A DNA stretch of 59,665 bases, filler included, from Sphacelaria rigidula (lineage: Eukaryota), in NCBI GenBank assembly GCA_964200075.2. It is 7 parts of 7 records of this genome, joined end to end, with 100 filler letters (N's around TTAATTAATTAA, not from the genome) between each part and the next. Parts side by side here need not be neighbours in the genome. Positions count along the whole stretch, not along the records: positions 42,692 to 51,128 come from CAXNAA020011132.1; positions 51,229 to 59,665 come from CAXNAA020011133.1; 5 more parts are not named here. One strand, 5' to 3'. Shown in pieces: positions 47,035-59,665 of the stretch. Position 1 is the stretch's first letter; every line of letters begins with the position of its first letter. The notes under the pieces were generated by a model that saw only the letters and a program-made list of their open reading frames with translations, was not told the DNA's origin and made no database searches. The position numbers were made by a program, and so were the translations under genes.

Positions 47035-47935
47035 TACACACCGAGGATGACTCGTATGCTTGAGTGATTTATTTTGAAACAAACGACCGTGACTCGTTTC
47101 CTCAAGTCACTTATTTTTTTCACCACGAGCAACGACTCGAGCACTCGAGACATTTCTTTTTCCACCACGAGCAATGACTCGAGTGCTCGAGCTATATTTG
47201 GTTTTCACCATGAGAAACGACTCGAGTGCTTGAGCCAGTTATTTTCTTCACCACGAGAATTGACCCGTTTGCTCGAGTTGTTCATTTTTTCACCATGAGC
47301 CGTAACTCTTTTGCTCGAGTCATTTAATTTTTCAACCAGTCATCTCACTTTTACGACCGCGATAATTTTCAACCATAAGCACTTACTTGTATACTTGAGT
47401 CATTTACTTTTCCAATCACGAGCACAGACTCGTGTGCTTGATTCATTGTTTTTTTCAACCACGAGCAATGACTCGTGTGCTCGCGCCATTCATTTTTCGA
47501 TCCACGAGCGGTGACGCGTGGGCTGGAGTCATCCATTTCTTCACCACGAGTAATGGCTTGACTTCTCAAGCTACTAATTTGTTTGACCACGCGCACTGAT
47601 TCGTGTATTCGAGTCAAATACTTTTCTCCCACGAGCAATGACTGGAGCTATTCATTTTTTGAAGCACGAGCACTGCCTCGTGTACTCGATAATTTTTGTT
47701 GATGTTTCTACGAGCAATGACTCGAGTCCTCGAGCTGTTCATTCTTCGAATCACGAGCAATGACTAGTTTCCCCAGGTCATGAATATTTTTTAACCATGA
47801 GCGGTGACTCGTGGGCTGGAGTCATCTCTTTCTTCACCACGAGTAATGACTCGACTGCTCAAGCTATTCATTTTTTTCCACCACGAGCGATGGCTCGTTT
47901 GCTGGAGTAATTTTGTTTTTGCACCACGAGCTACT
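47035..47935. repeat. Degenerate ~42-bp minisatellite, about 21 units
   Basis: Approximate consensus is CACCACGAGCAATGACTCGWGTGCTCGAGTCATTCATTTTTT. Confidence 0.9.
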
Positions 47936-48254
47936 CACTTAGTTTCTGTTTGTCAAGATCCTCAACGGTCAGCTTTTTAGTTTACTATGCGTCGCGCAGG
48001 CCAAGGTCCGGTTCGTTGTGGAAGGCCTGCTCCCTACTGGCCCGGAAGAACGGATGAGAGGCGGTGAGTCAGTCCGTCGCGCGTGCTCGTAGCATGAAGT
48101 CCCGCAATCACAGATTTCCCATGCGCGCTGCCACACGCGCACACTGAAATTTCCCAATGTGCGAGCCAATGTACCCCAGTTTCCCCGTGTAGCCCACTCG
48201 AGGTAGTCCGTATACTGTACTGCTTCACAATCATGCATCGAAAAGCGCGAAACG

Positions 48255-50010
48255 CACTAACGGTCAGTGTTGCCGGCGGGTTCGACCGTCATGTGTCCGT
48301 GCTCGTCCCTCGCCATGTTTGAGAGCGCGCCGTACGCAGTGGTATCGGCTTCAGCTGAAATGATGCCTCGGTCGAGTCTCTACAAATAGCGCTGGCCCCG
48401 AACGTTCTTCCGCATGACAGCGCCGGGCAGGACTTCAAGGTCGCAGTCTACGGAATAAGATCCCACGACACGGTCAACGATGGCCACACGCACACCTGTA
48501 ACGGCCGGCGTCGCCCCACCCCCACACGGGTTGCTCGAGCGGGATGTATGTCGGGGCCGATGATCCACACGAGAATAACCGTGACGCCGACTGCAGGCGA
48601 AAGTAGTCTGGTTTGTCTCAATGCCTCGAAATCAGCGACATCAATCTTAACCCTCACGAGCAAGACAGTTCCCTCCTGACTTTGCACGTCCGTACGCTGT
48701 CCAACATGACACGAGAGGTCTTGACTTACACTCTACGAGTCGTTCACGAGGTACGCAACGGGGCCATCAATAGGGAAACCATTACTAGGATCGTACGAAA
48801 TAGTATGCACCACAGAAAGGGAGGGGCTACTACGGTCTGCGCATTTGAAATCTGGATCCGCGGACGGAGCTTTTGCGATGTTCCCTCGATGCGAGTGTTC
48901 GACCACTTTGGGCGGGTTGATGTAGCCTTGCGTGCGGTACTTGAGCAGGGAAAGACTTGGTAGGGCGCCTTGCAGGGGCGGGGGGAGATGGCCGCTGGGA
49001 GGGAGTGCCTTCTATCGCTGTCGGTGCGTGCTTGCTGTGGGTGAGACGAAGTGTGGGTGGTCACGTGGTGGCCGTGATTGGGTGGACGTAGTGGTTGTCG
49101 TTCTCAGTTTGTTGTACTCTTTTCGGAAGTCTTTTCGGATTTGTCGTGATCCTTCAGCGCGTCTATGAACATGCCCATTTCTCTGCATTTTACATATTTC
49201 GATCTTGGTCCACCATCAGCATTCCTGTATAACCACCATTTTCAGTGAGCGGCTGGCAAATGAAAGGAACATAACCCAAGATTTGCGCCTCGCGGAGGAA
49301 AATAATTTACCCGGTCATGTTCACATCATAACCGTCGGGAACCGCCGGCTGTCCTGCGGGGACATCGTCCATCATTCGACCCTGAGATATGAATATATAT
49401 TGGCTAGTTGTTTTTTAGGTGGTAATTGGGAACGCCGTGTCTACTTCGACCCCGGCAAATGAGCGAATGTGACCCAGTCATTTGCACATGAAACTCGTTT
49501 TCCACCATCATCAGTTGCTCAGGAGGTCATTTTTGGTTTGACCCTGGCAGATGAACCGGTGTCATCCAGTGGTTACGCATGATACCCGTTCTCCATCACC
49601 AGCACTTGTCCGGGAGCTTGTTATTTCATCCTGGCAGATGAAATATTAGTAGCAAGGGACCTTACATGTGACACTCGTCGTTAACCATGAGCACTTGCTC
49701 GGGGACATAATCTGTACTTGGGCCTTGGAAGATGAAAAAATGCTAGGCACAGAGTTTACACGTTACCATCGTTATCCAACACCAGCACTCGGTCGGGGGC
49801 ATCTTCGTTTACTGACTCTGGCAGATGAAAAAGCATTGGCCGTTGATCTTACACATGGCACAGTGGATGTCCACCACCTTCGGTTGCTCGGGGAGATCGA
49901 TTTTGGTTCGACCCTGGCAGATGAACCGGTGTGATCCAGTGGTTCCGCACGATACTCGTTCTCCATCACCAGCACTTGTCCGGAAGCATCATTGGGAATT
50001 CTCATCATCA
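48255..50010 (-). pseudogene. Decayed intronless coding-like region including a ~93-bp (~31-aa) tandem repeat at ~49250-50010
   Basis: GGCAGATGAA-like anchors recur near 49455, 49547, 49633, 49728, 49820 and 49916. The minus-strand consensus reads approximately FICQGRxxxDxPEQVLVMENEYHVxxTGxHR. Long, mostly open frames occur at 48255-48965. Confidence 0.45.
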
Positions 50011-51614
50011 ACCGTCCAACTGCACCCTCCCCTTGTACTATTCTGTAAATGTTCGGGAACGGATCTCCATTCTGTGTATCGCAAAGATCCGAATCATATG
50101 GTTGTATGCGAAATTCTTGGCGAAGACACCTGCGATACGTATGGGTTACGTGGAATACATACGCCGCACCCGACCCTCCAATATATGACACCAGGCACAC
50201 GATGCTTTCGCTGTAGCCTACGTTTGTTGATCTTTCCCGAGGTACCCCCGTAGACTGGAATGTCAGATACACCTCTACCCCCCGCCGGTGGGAGAATTAC
50301 AAGTGAAATATATCTCCAAGTGAGAAAGAAGACCACACAGAGTCCAAGAAGGTGCCCACGCCAACAACAGACACGAGTAGTTCGCCACGCCAGTCAAAGG
50401 CGTGTATAACCCTCAATCAATGTTAGATCAAATGCGTATCTAAGACACTGGAATGGCTATTTTTCCTTCCGGTTTCATGCGGTAAGTATACGTGGCTATC
50501 AACCATACAGGAAGCTTCTCCTTACTTGTTTGCAGGTTGATTGATGCTCATTTGTTGCTTGCTCGCATGCGATTGATCACCGATATCATGCTAGAACGGT
50601 CCGTCGTATCACACTGAACGTTTTTTCATTATTGATACCGTAATCCTAAATGTCCATATGTTGTGACCACGTCAACACGCTCCGCCAAGTACTTTGCTGT
50701 TGCCCACTTACTTGCTGTATCCCTACTTCCCAGATGGCTATCCCTCTAGCACCGTTCGCTTTACTTGCCGCACTGCCTGTGCTGCAGCGATCGACTACAT
50801 TAACGCCGTGGCTACTGTACTGTACTTCTTCTGCACTACCGTGGTGCAGTGCATGCACTTTTCTATTAACATGGAAGTTTCTCTCTACCCGCATCGTAGC
50901 GTCACAACAATGCACAGCGTCTGAACGGCCAGCGGTGATCCAAATGCTACTATAATAATCGTGTGCCAGTTACGGTACGTCGCAGTAACCTCGAATTGGG
51001 TGGGCCCAAGGGTCGGTCAAAAACGTATTTCGGGACACGCAGGCCCCAAGATCGAGAATTCGAGTTTTTGAGGGGAGCGGGGGGGGGGGGGGGGGGTACC
51101 CATTTTTTGCTTGCCTTTGTGGTTGTGCNNNNNNNNNNNNNNNNNNNNNNNNNNNNNNNNNNNNNNNNNNNNTTAATTAATTAANNNNNNNNNNNNNNNN
51201 NNNNNNNNNNNNNNNNNNNNNNNNNNNNCGGTCTGCCCACCGCGCCAGCCCCCACGTAATACGGCACAACCCCCCCCCCCCCCCCCGAAAAACGCATCGA
51301 TTGGACGACGGTTTCAGAAACAAAAAATGCTCCCGCTCAGCCTTGGGTCAGCGAACACTTTTCGACTCCTACTGGTACGAACCCTCACCTTCCCTGATAC
51401 ACCCGGTACACGGACATAAACTACGGGGGGCAGTTTGACTCCGAAATGTTGTACCTACCATGATATATATGTGAAGTACAGCTGGGGGATCTTGTGCAAG
51501 GCATGTTTTTGCAGTGACCGCCTTAGGCTATCCGGTTAAGTTGACACGGCGTGGAGGAGGGAGTGTATAATAACAACGTTTCGTGGGCAAGAAGTGCTAG
51601 GGTGTGGTCTTGCA

Positions 51615-51742
51615 TGTGTGTGTGTGTGTGTGTGTGTTGTATCGTCCCATCTCTTCTGGACGCCGGTCTATACCTTTCGGTATATGTGGGCGCAACAGCT
51701 GGGGTCACACGGGAGGAAGGTCTACACAGGAGTTTTTTATTT
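51615..51742 (-). mobile_element. 5'-truncated SINE copy with a (CA)n tail
   Basis: (TG)n, then TCGTCCCATCTCTTCTGGACGCC...GGGGTCACACGGGAGGAAGG, matching the SINE 3' region. Confidence 0.85.
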
Positions 51743-52200
51743 TTGTCTGGGCTAAACCTTAACTCGCAACATTGAATAATGGGAATGAGGAGTGGCACGG
51801 AAGGGGTATCTCACTTTTGATGTTCACGGGATATTCAACATTTAATTTACAGTCAAATATACCGGGCACCTCGAGTTTGAGATACTCGTACCTCTCCGCA
51901 GACGCGTATGCAATACACTCAAGCACTGCTGTCCATTGTGCTTCTACCATCTGCTGTGTGTGTGCGGTACGAGGAGGACAGCAGCATGTTCTGGGAAAAT
52001 AATATTTATCGATTGGTTGTGGGACTTGAGAAAACTTGAGAAGATAAAGTTGAAAAGCGCCATCATCTCTTGGGGAAAGGAATGGTTTTTTCTTCAGCAA
52101 GCTTTCCGTCGGTCAGACTAAACAGTATTTCGGTGGTGCAGACTTAACCGTATCATCACCTGCTCAGAACAAATTATCTCACCTAGTTGTCACAGATTAA

Positions 52201-52298
52201 CCCTTAGACCGCGAGGTTAGTCTTCTGCTGTATCGGCATCAATTTCAAGTGAAAAAAAGAATGCATGATCCAGATAGACTAATTTCGCGGTCTAAGGG
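52201..52298. mobile_element. 98-bp piggyBac-type MITE with perfect 14-bp TIRs and a TTAA TSD
   Basis: TTAA-CCCTTAGACCGCGA ... TCGCGGTCTAAGGG-TTAA. Confidence 0.9.
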
Positions 52299-52689
52299 TT
52301 AAAGTGTAGGTTGCGATTGTGAGTAGCCAGCTACCCAACCCTGTACCTGCCCCAAAACCAAGTGAAGCAAGCGCATTTTTCCAGCATAAACTGAAATGTC
52401 ACTCAGTTCTTGACCCCGTGGCTGCTCTAGGTAGTACTCGATCCCGTACCCGCCGCAAAGCCAAGTGATCATGCGACCCTGAAAGCATGCCATCTCTGTT
52501 TATCCAATTCTAAACTCGAGGAATTGACCGACTCTGTTCTCATCAAACCGAGTTTCTGTACGGGTATACACCTCTGAGGGTGAAGGTGATTTCCAGCAGC
52601 CCCTTGGCCCGATCATTCGTACAAAAACATCAAATGAAAAAACAAATGTCCGCATTGGCATACAGTACGTGGACTCAAGGTTTATGTCT

Positions 52690-52754
52690 TTCGTAAAGTG
52701 CGCTGATCGCAAGATATCGGCCTTCGCAAAGTATGCTGATCGCAAGATATCGGC
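52690..52754. repeat. 33-bp tandem duplication
   Basis: TTCGYAAAGTRYGCTGATCGCAAGATATCGGC occurs twice. Confidence 0.85.
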
Positions 52755-54527
52755 TCCTAGGGGGGCTTCGAGTACAGTATACACTCGACACCACGAAGAC
52801 AACGAAAATGGCTCCTCTACCAAACCGGCGGCCAGTCGGTGCTCCGGTCAAGTACCTGTACAGTACTCGTCAACACTAACGATCCAGGGAACATATCTTC
52901 ACCAGCGCTTCCTGCAGGGCTTCCAACGTGCGATGTTTACATGTTCTCTTCATGTATGAATGCCAGAAGACGTAAGAAGCAGCTGCAGAACACGCGGAAC
53001 AGCTTGGCGACACCCCTCAAAGATCGGGCGGCAACAACAGACTGTGGTAATAAGGAGTAGCAAACTTAAGAACTGTACAGGATATACACGAAGGCACCCG
53101 TCCTTCATGGAAAGATATGTGCTGCGATGTACCAATCGGACTGAGAAACGTGACATCGCTTCAACAACGGGGAGCAGGTAGCGGGGCAGAGATCTTCCCC
53201 ATTAAATAAAAAGCGCTCGCCTGGACGACCGCGTGGGGTAGGCTATACTCCTGCATGACTACACAAGGTGCACCGTAGAACGAGCGTTTCTAACAGCGCA
53301 CACGGATCTTGTATGGCGGCATAACGGGCGAACTGCACTTGGAAACAACCGACTTCGGTATGCAACAACAAAGGTTCTTCCAAGAGTCTCCCAACATCAA
53401 GAGTATGTGCAATGTATATGAGTGAACGACGGGCAGAAGTTACTACTGTACAGTATTGTACAGACACCAGAGTACGAAGCAGCAGACCACCCGCAGATGC
53501 TCTTAGAGCACACACAACTGATGACCGACGCGGACCATGTCAACATCAATACAACACATAGAGGACACTCGAGAAAACACAATGCCTTCTCACCTGATTG
53601 CTTGTAGTATATCTGGCGACAAGGAGAAGGGGGGCAGTGATGCGGACGGTGTGTGTAGTGTACGGGAAGGGGACAACAACACAATGCAGGGGGGCAAGCT
53701 GCGACCACAACGTTTGAGGCTGCAACAACGCGCGGGCTTCCACTTTCAGTTATATAGGATATAATGAACGAACAGATACACCGACCAGTACAAAATACGC
53801 CGACCGGTAGAGATACACCGATTGGATCTGAGAATTTTTGTTGGGCGCCGCCGGGGGTCCGCACTTTGTGGCAATAATGCAATAATGCTTTGCCCGCCCT
53901 AGTAATTTACGGGGCAACTCGATCTGCTGCTGTTGCAATGGGGGAAGAAGCCGGAACAGCGGAAAGCTCGCGGTGCTGAATGAGAATATCTGCAAGACCT
54001 TCTCGTTCTGATTAATGTCAAAGTACCCGTCCAATGGTACTATTATTATACTCATTTTTCAAGTCCTTCATCCTTTCAACCCATTTACTGCTACATCATA
54101 TCTATTCATAAGATAAAATGGACACCCAGGTAGGGGCGGTGAAACAAAGGGAAAGCGGGAAGGTCCGGTTGGGCGTTTTTGGGATCTTTACCGGAAACGA
54201 CTTCGGGACATATCGATTTGTATGTGTGTATTGTATTGTATAGCCGCAACTGTTATCATCAAGGTGGAGGCAGGTTGATGAGTCAGAAAGAAGGTACATT
54301 TACCCTCCGCCATCCATCCGTCTCTTATTTGCACCGAATTGGGGTAAAATTTACGTAGATTTATTACTCAAAAAAGACTATTGTACTAATATCACCTGTA
54401 TTACACTGTTGTTGTTCCCAGTCTGAGACCAGTGATAATTACGTGACAAATGTGAATCTGTGCGCAGATTGAGACCGGTCAGATTTGTATTTATTTCGTC
54501 TGTCTGTCGTGGGTATATACACATAAT

Positions 54528-54804
54528 ACATAGTTCAGATTCGAGGGGAGTCAGCCCAGGTTGGGATTGCTCGACTTTCCAGCGAATTTCCCTCGATCTA
54601 CACACAAATTAGATCGGGGGAATTCCAAGCTCGAGACCGCCCCAACATGTATGTACGAAGTTGACATAGTTCAGATTCGAGGGGAGTCAGCCCAGGTTGG
54701 GATTGCTCGACTTTCCAGCGAATTTCCCTCGATCTACACACAAATCAGATCGGGGGAATTCCAAGCTCGAGACCGCCCCAACATGTTGTATGTACGAAGT
54801 TGAC
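54528..54804. repeat. Near-perfect tandem duplication of a ~136-bp unit containing a hairpin
   Basis: Units start at 54528 and 54664. The internal stem is TTCCCTCGATCT...AGATCGGGGGAA. Confidence 0.95.
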
Positions 54805-57800
54805 GTACGTACGATGACGTTATAAAGAAAGTGGTGGTGCTGCTGCTGCAGTACCGTCCTTCTGTCTGTGGTCGTTGCATACTTACTTATGGCGGTGTAG
54901 ACATGATGATGAGGTGATGCACCGCGGTGCAATCGTACCACTACTGTTTTTCTCGCAAACTTTTCTGGCGATAATAATGTGCCACCGTATCATCATTGAT
55001 TGCTGCACTGTATTATTACCGTCGTGTGAGTGTTCTTATGATGATGGAGTATACATTGCATGCCCTAGGGTACCACGGCACGAAGTTGAAGTTGAAGGAT
55101 GACTAATTCACACCCTGGACAATAGAATACACTGTCAAAAAATGTACTGTGTACGGTATTGACTATTATTGCGCCTATTGCAGCAGACACTAGATTCAAT
55201 ACTGTAAGCAGTATATTTTTTTTACAATGGAATCTTTTGTCAAGGGTGTGGACTAATTCCCTGCCTGTCTGTGCTGTTTCACTAGTTGTAAGAAGCGAGA
55301 CCCCACCCTCTCACAAAACGGCCCGTCTGCAGAACAAGCATTATTTCAACAGATCTGTGAAAAACAGTAATAATAATGGAGCGCCTGCAAATCTGCCTTT
55401 CGCAAATTTGAGTACCCCCGATTTACATATATTGGGGCCTCTTCTTCTGCAGTTCGGGAACTATTTGTCCCCGTAATAACTGGTCTGCTGATGACCAGCC
55501 CGAGGTGGTCGTGCTGCTCTTGAATTGGCAACAGTTCCGCTTGAAAAACAACTGTAAGACCCAGTTGTCATTCTACCGACGCTCAAAAGGTCAGCAACCT
55601 TTTTATAATCCCCAGGCAGGATGAGTGATGAAAATGGTCGGCCTTGAGTGCATTTTTCAAGGGAAAAAACTGTACTCGTGCACACATGTAAGACCTCGGG
55701 TACCTCTTACATCCCTCTCCACTACCGTGAACGAACGAATATAATATCGTGTCATCATATATATGAGAGCAAGTACCTGTGGGGTATACGAATATTACAG
55801 ATAGATGGTCACCTAGGAAAAGAAGAGACATCGATGCCCTCTTGCGCGGAAAAAACTGGGCCCAACGAACCTTCGCTCCCCTCGCGTATGGGTTTCACCG
55901 GAAAAACTGAGCATATAGCTGGGTTAATATGTTATATGTACCGCCGACGCCATGTCAGCAAGAGAGTCGGTTCAACTCGACGAGCACATGATGCTTCAAC
56001 CCCTTGAACCCGAATGGGAGCCATCTGGGTAGTATCTACTGCAATACACTTTTCAAGTGAAGAAGATGATGCCGATTCAACATATTATATAACCCTTGAA
56101 TCCTGTGACCGCGGAACATTCTGGGGGGGGGTTCTTGATTATTGCGGGAGGAGCTTCAATCCTGACTCTCTGAACATTGGGATCAAATCGCTAAGGATGG
56201 TGAACGCGAGGAAGTCGCTGGAGGGTTGTGGCCCCTCGTCTCTCTGCGGACAGTAGAGCCCTTCTTCTATTCAGCTATTATAGCGGCGCGTTGAGTGACA
56301 GAACTAGGAGGCAGCATGTTGGGTTCGTTCGCAGACATGGGATTCGCATCGATAGCCCATTAGATTAGTTACAGTACGGGCGAAGCGAGTTTCAACAACA
56401 ATGATGATACTGCAATGGAATAGGCGAGAACAGGCTGAACCCGCGCACGGCCTAACTTCGTAGTCAGAGAGCGGAGAAGTAAGGGGCTATTTGACGTTGG
56501 TAACACCCTGCTGATGTACGTTTAATTCATATCTTCATCGGTGGGCAACGTGTTGTACGTGGTCGCTGGGTCGCCGGTTTAATAAACAGCAAACAGCAAG
56601 CAGATTTGTCTTGTTCTCTCGCGTCCAATCTACGTCTGTTAATGTACGTACATGGTCTCATCATAGCTCTATGCTCGGTCGGAATAATGCACGAATAGTA
56701 CGGCCGCGTGATCTAGACTCTCTCGCCCGATGATTCCGGCACGGTGCGGGAAGTAACATCGTTATGCGCGGAGAAATAGTCGGAGTGAAGGGGAAGGCAG
56801 ATCCCCGAAACGCCTACAACACCGTGTCACACTGAAGATTGCTACTCTCTTTTCGAAATAGACGCAACAGCATGAATGCAGATCGCCCAACTTTAGCTGT
56901 TGTAGTAGCCCTACATGACAAACTGAACACCGCGTACGTGACGTGAATACATGTGTCCAACACGCGCCATTCAAAGGGTCCTTTTTGCCTATACGCCTCC
57001 ACTAGAATTCCCTGTGTCTGCTATAGGTCGCCGAATCACTACAAGCGCGACAACAGTTACAGTAGCCACACAGTATCTCGCCGGATTTTCGTTGAGAGGC
57101 TATTCTCGAAACCTTGGAGGCAAGCGAATCGGAAAAGTGGGCTAGACTCTTCTCGGTGGGGCGATGCGTAGTCCATGGATCTACCGTCTTTCTGAAAACG
57201 TCGTTGTTTTTTCCGTGGGGGTATCTGGGGGTGTTGTTCTACTCTAGCTTCGTATCCGTATATTCTCATGGGGTGTACTTGGTTTTGCTTCACTTCCTAC
57301 TACTAATAATGCCACGTCTAGAATGCGATCCTGCAAGATGTGGACGAGATTAGTTTCCTATGCGAGAGGAAGTCGGAATTGTACATGATACTGAACTCAG
57401 CACCCGCCAAAGATTGCCTTCAAGGCACGTTCGACGGGTACTAGATTCTAGGTTCAGTATAGTATCCATTTTCGACCTCAGTTCGTTCCAACAAAAAAAA
57501 TATCGTTCCCTTTTCAAGGATCGCCTGTCGTCTCTCGGGTTCTTTCTTTACTCACTCCATTGCCAGATCTTACTTGTTTATCTTACATTCCTCCGACCAG
57601 ATCGGAGGGGAGGTTTCGTCGCATCTCTTCTGTTTTCTGGACGTCTCTCTCATTGATTTATTCTGTTTTGCTTTGAAGTCTCCAAGGGAACTGCCCGAAA
57701 AGCGCTTCTATCTCACGTAATAATAAGTGAGATATACCTCCTACTACTAGGGAGATTGCACTTTCCGGCAGGCGTACCTCGTACTGCATTAGATGCGTCG

Positions 57801-59665
57801 TTTTGACAGAGTCCCACCGTTCGAACGGTCGCGTTTGTACTATCCGTCTTGGCACACGTACTTGTCGTCGAATGTTGACGCTCCGTTCGGCCTACCCCCG
57901 ACGCCATCTAGGTCGCCTGTCACGGTTCACTCACTCTTCGACCTCATGATTGAAAACTGAAAGGACATCGGAATGAATGAGAGATAGGATCCGTTCCAAA
58001 AAGTGCCATGTGTCGGATTTATTCACGGATTTCATCGAAAGTTATTCGGGTAAAAGCTGCGGATTGAAAAGTGCGAGGGATACCCGGAGTTGTAGACGAA
58101 TTCGATCATCCGTCGTCGGGATTTCAATCCGCGGATATATATCCAGATTTGCCACGGATTGGCGGGTTTTGGGACAGCGCATGCATCCCCTGTAGTTTAG
58201 CGCGGTCCACAACAGCACGGCAGCGTGTGTGTGCATATTCTATCGAATTCGTAGGTAGCTCAGCCCCCTTTATTTATCACCAGCATCACTGGATGGGATC
58301 TCGAGATGACAAATAAACCAAATGAAAAGAGTAACATCAAAATGTGTGTTGGATTCACGAGATAGCCCCACTCGATGCACGGCTGTTGATGTGCATCGAC
58401 GTATCGACCGGCGGATCGACAACGGATCGCCAATACTGTTCTTCCGTATCCCCACTACCTATACCCGCATCCCATGTACAATGTACGAATCGGACCCTTA
58501 TCTCTAGTATGAATGGCGGTAAGCAGTAGTGCGTCGTCGGGACTGCCGCCACATCCTTCGAATGTTCTTCCTAGAAAACAACTACAAACTCCCGTATCGT
58601 CCATCACTCACTGTAATATTCAGTAACGGGCGTACATGGTTGGTTTATATGTGAATATATATATACTTAAATACGTATCCACTACGGTATAGGCCAGGAG
58701 ACTTGTGGATGGTTAACATTTCTTGCAGGACTAGATACAAGCCCAACACAGCGAATGCCGCTGCTGCCCACTCCCCCGTCCCAGGTCCCTCCAAACACTC
58801 ATTCAAGGGACAAATATATCCCCCCTCCCCCTCCCCCTCCCCCTGCCCCTGCCCCAGCAACCAGCAAAGTACTACGAAAAATTCAATCACTATTTCACCA
58901 TCACTGCGAGGCAAAAATTGCCGCAGACGTCTCACTCCTAGCACGCACAACAGCCGAGACACGTACATGACGTGTCTGTGTTTGGTAGAAGGAAACACCA
59001 CCTGACGCTGAACACTCCCCCGCCTCCCCTCTCCCCCCTGAAAACGACGACAAGGACGGGGAAGCGCATTCACACTCTACCGTTAGCCTTGCAGTCTGGC
59101 AGGAAGGGAGAGGCATGGTTACTGATACGTTTCTACAAAGCACTGGCTCTATTTTTAACCTATCTCCCTTCCTTCCTCCCTCCATGCCCCCAAAAAGCAT
59201 GACAGCACACACCCAGACGAATGCCACAGGTCGATTGATTGTTATGTACACGCGGTTGAGCGCTATTGCGGACGCACAGAACAAAACGCACTCGACAGTA
59301 AACTCAGTTACAGTAACCACCTGCACTTTTACCCCAACGTGTCCCCTACGCAAGATAGGCTTGGACGTACAATTGGTACCAGCAATATATCTCACATTCC
59401 TGGGTGCGTAGGGCGTCCCGAGATCGTCTGAATATCTCGGATTCTATGATGACGGTGCCACCCAACGCCAAGGAAAACTTGAAAGAAAAAAATCAACGAC
59501 TGCTGTAAGAAAGAAAAGAGAGAAAGCATACAGTGGACGTTTCCCCCAAACTGAACGAAAAAAGTGAAAAGAATGCCAGCTTCAAGAAAAACGCCAACAC
59601 GAGAAAAAAAAAAACTGTTGGACACTTTCTACAATAGCCCCCCCCCCCCCCACCACCCGTCCCTC

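Noticed and set aside
47035..47935. CRISPR array
   Set aside because: Units are contiguous and degenerate with no unique spacers, there are no cas genes, and the context is eukaryotic.
53254..53289. HDYTRCTVERAF resembling the Harbinger transposase HxxxRxxVERAF motif
   Set aside because: The expected GxLKxRW continuation and the upstream catalytic motifs are not visible, so it is too little to call.
55480..56560. Possible decayed coding region on the plus strand
   Set aside because: Stops occur in all frames and there is no recognisable motif or splice pattern.

Overview
Eukaryotic nuclear DNA, most likely a brown alga (Phaeophyceae) or close ochrophyte. This is inferred from a bipartite SAF-type plastid targeting sequence, short exons in long GT-AG introns, and the repeat content. 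The window is not one locus. It is seven contigs of 8439, 8439, 8438, 8438, 8437, 8437 and 8437 bp joined by identical 100-nt N44-TTAATTAATTAA-N44 spacers, so adjacency across a spacer means nothing. Host genes: a 6-exon, 3'-incomplete, plastid-targeted two-S1-domain protein head-to-head with the first exon of a probable LRR protein (contig 1); the last three exons of an SVOP/organic-cation-type MFS transporter (contig 5); and one orphan exon (contig 4). The rest is mostly decayed mobile DNA: an RTE-like LINE, a Ty3/Gypsy element, a tRNA-headed SINE family, piggyBac-type TTAA elements, TA-flanked MITEs, long foldbacks and minisatellites. Best leads: (1) an AACAC-terminated foldback family with 4-bp target duplications, next to a transposase-like exon, where excising one copy restores an ORF; (2) a hairpin family whose arms covary between copies; (3) a decayed intronless gene built from a ~31-aa repeat I cannot assign. 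No complete novel multi-gene system can be demonstrated from the sequence alone.
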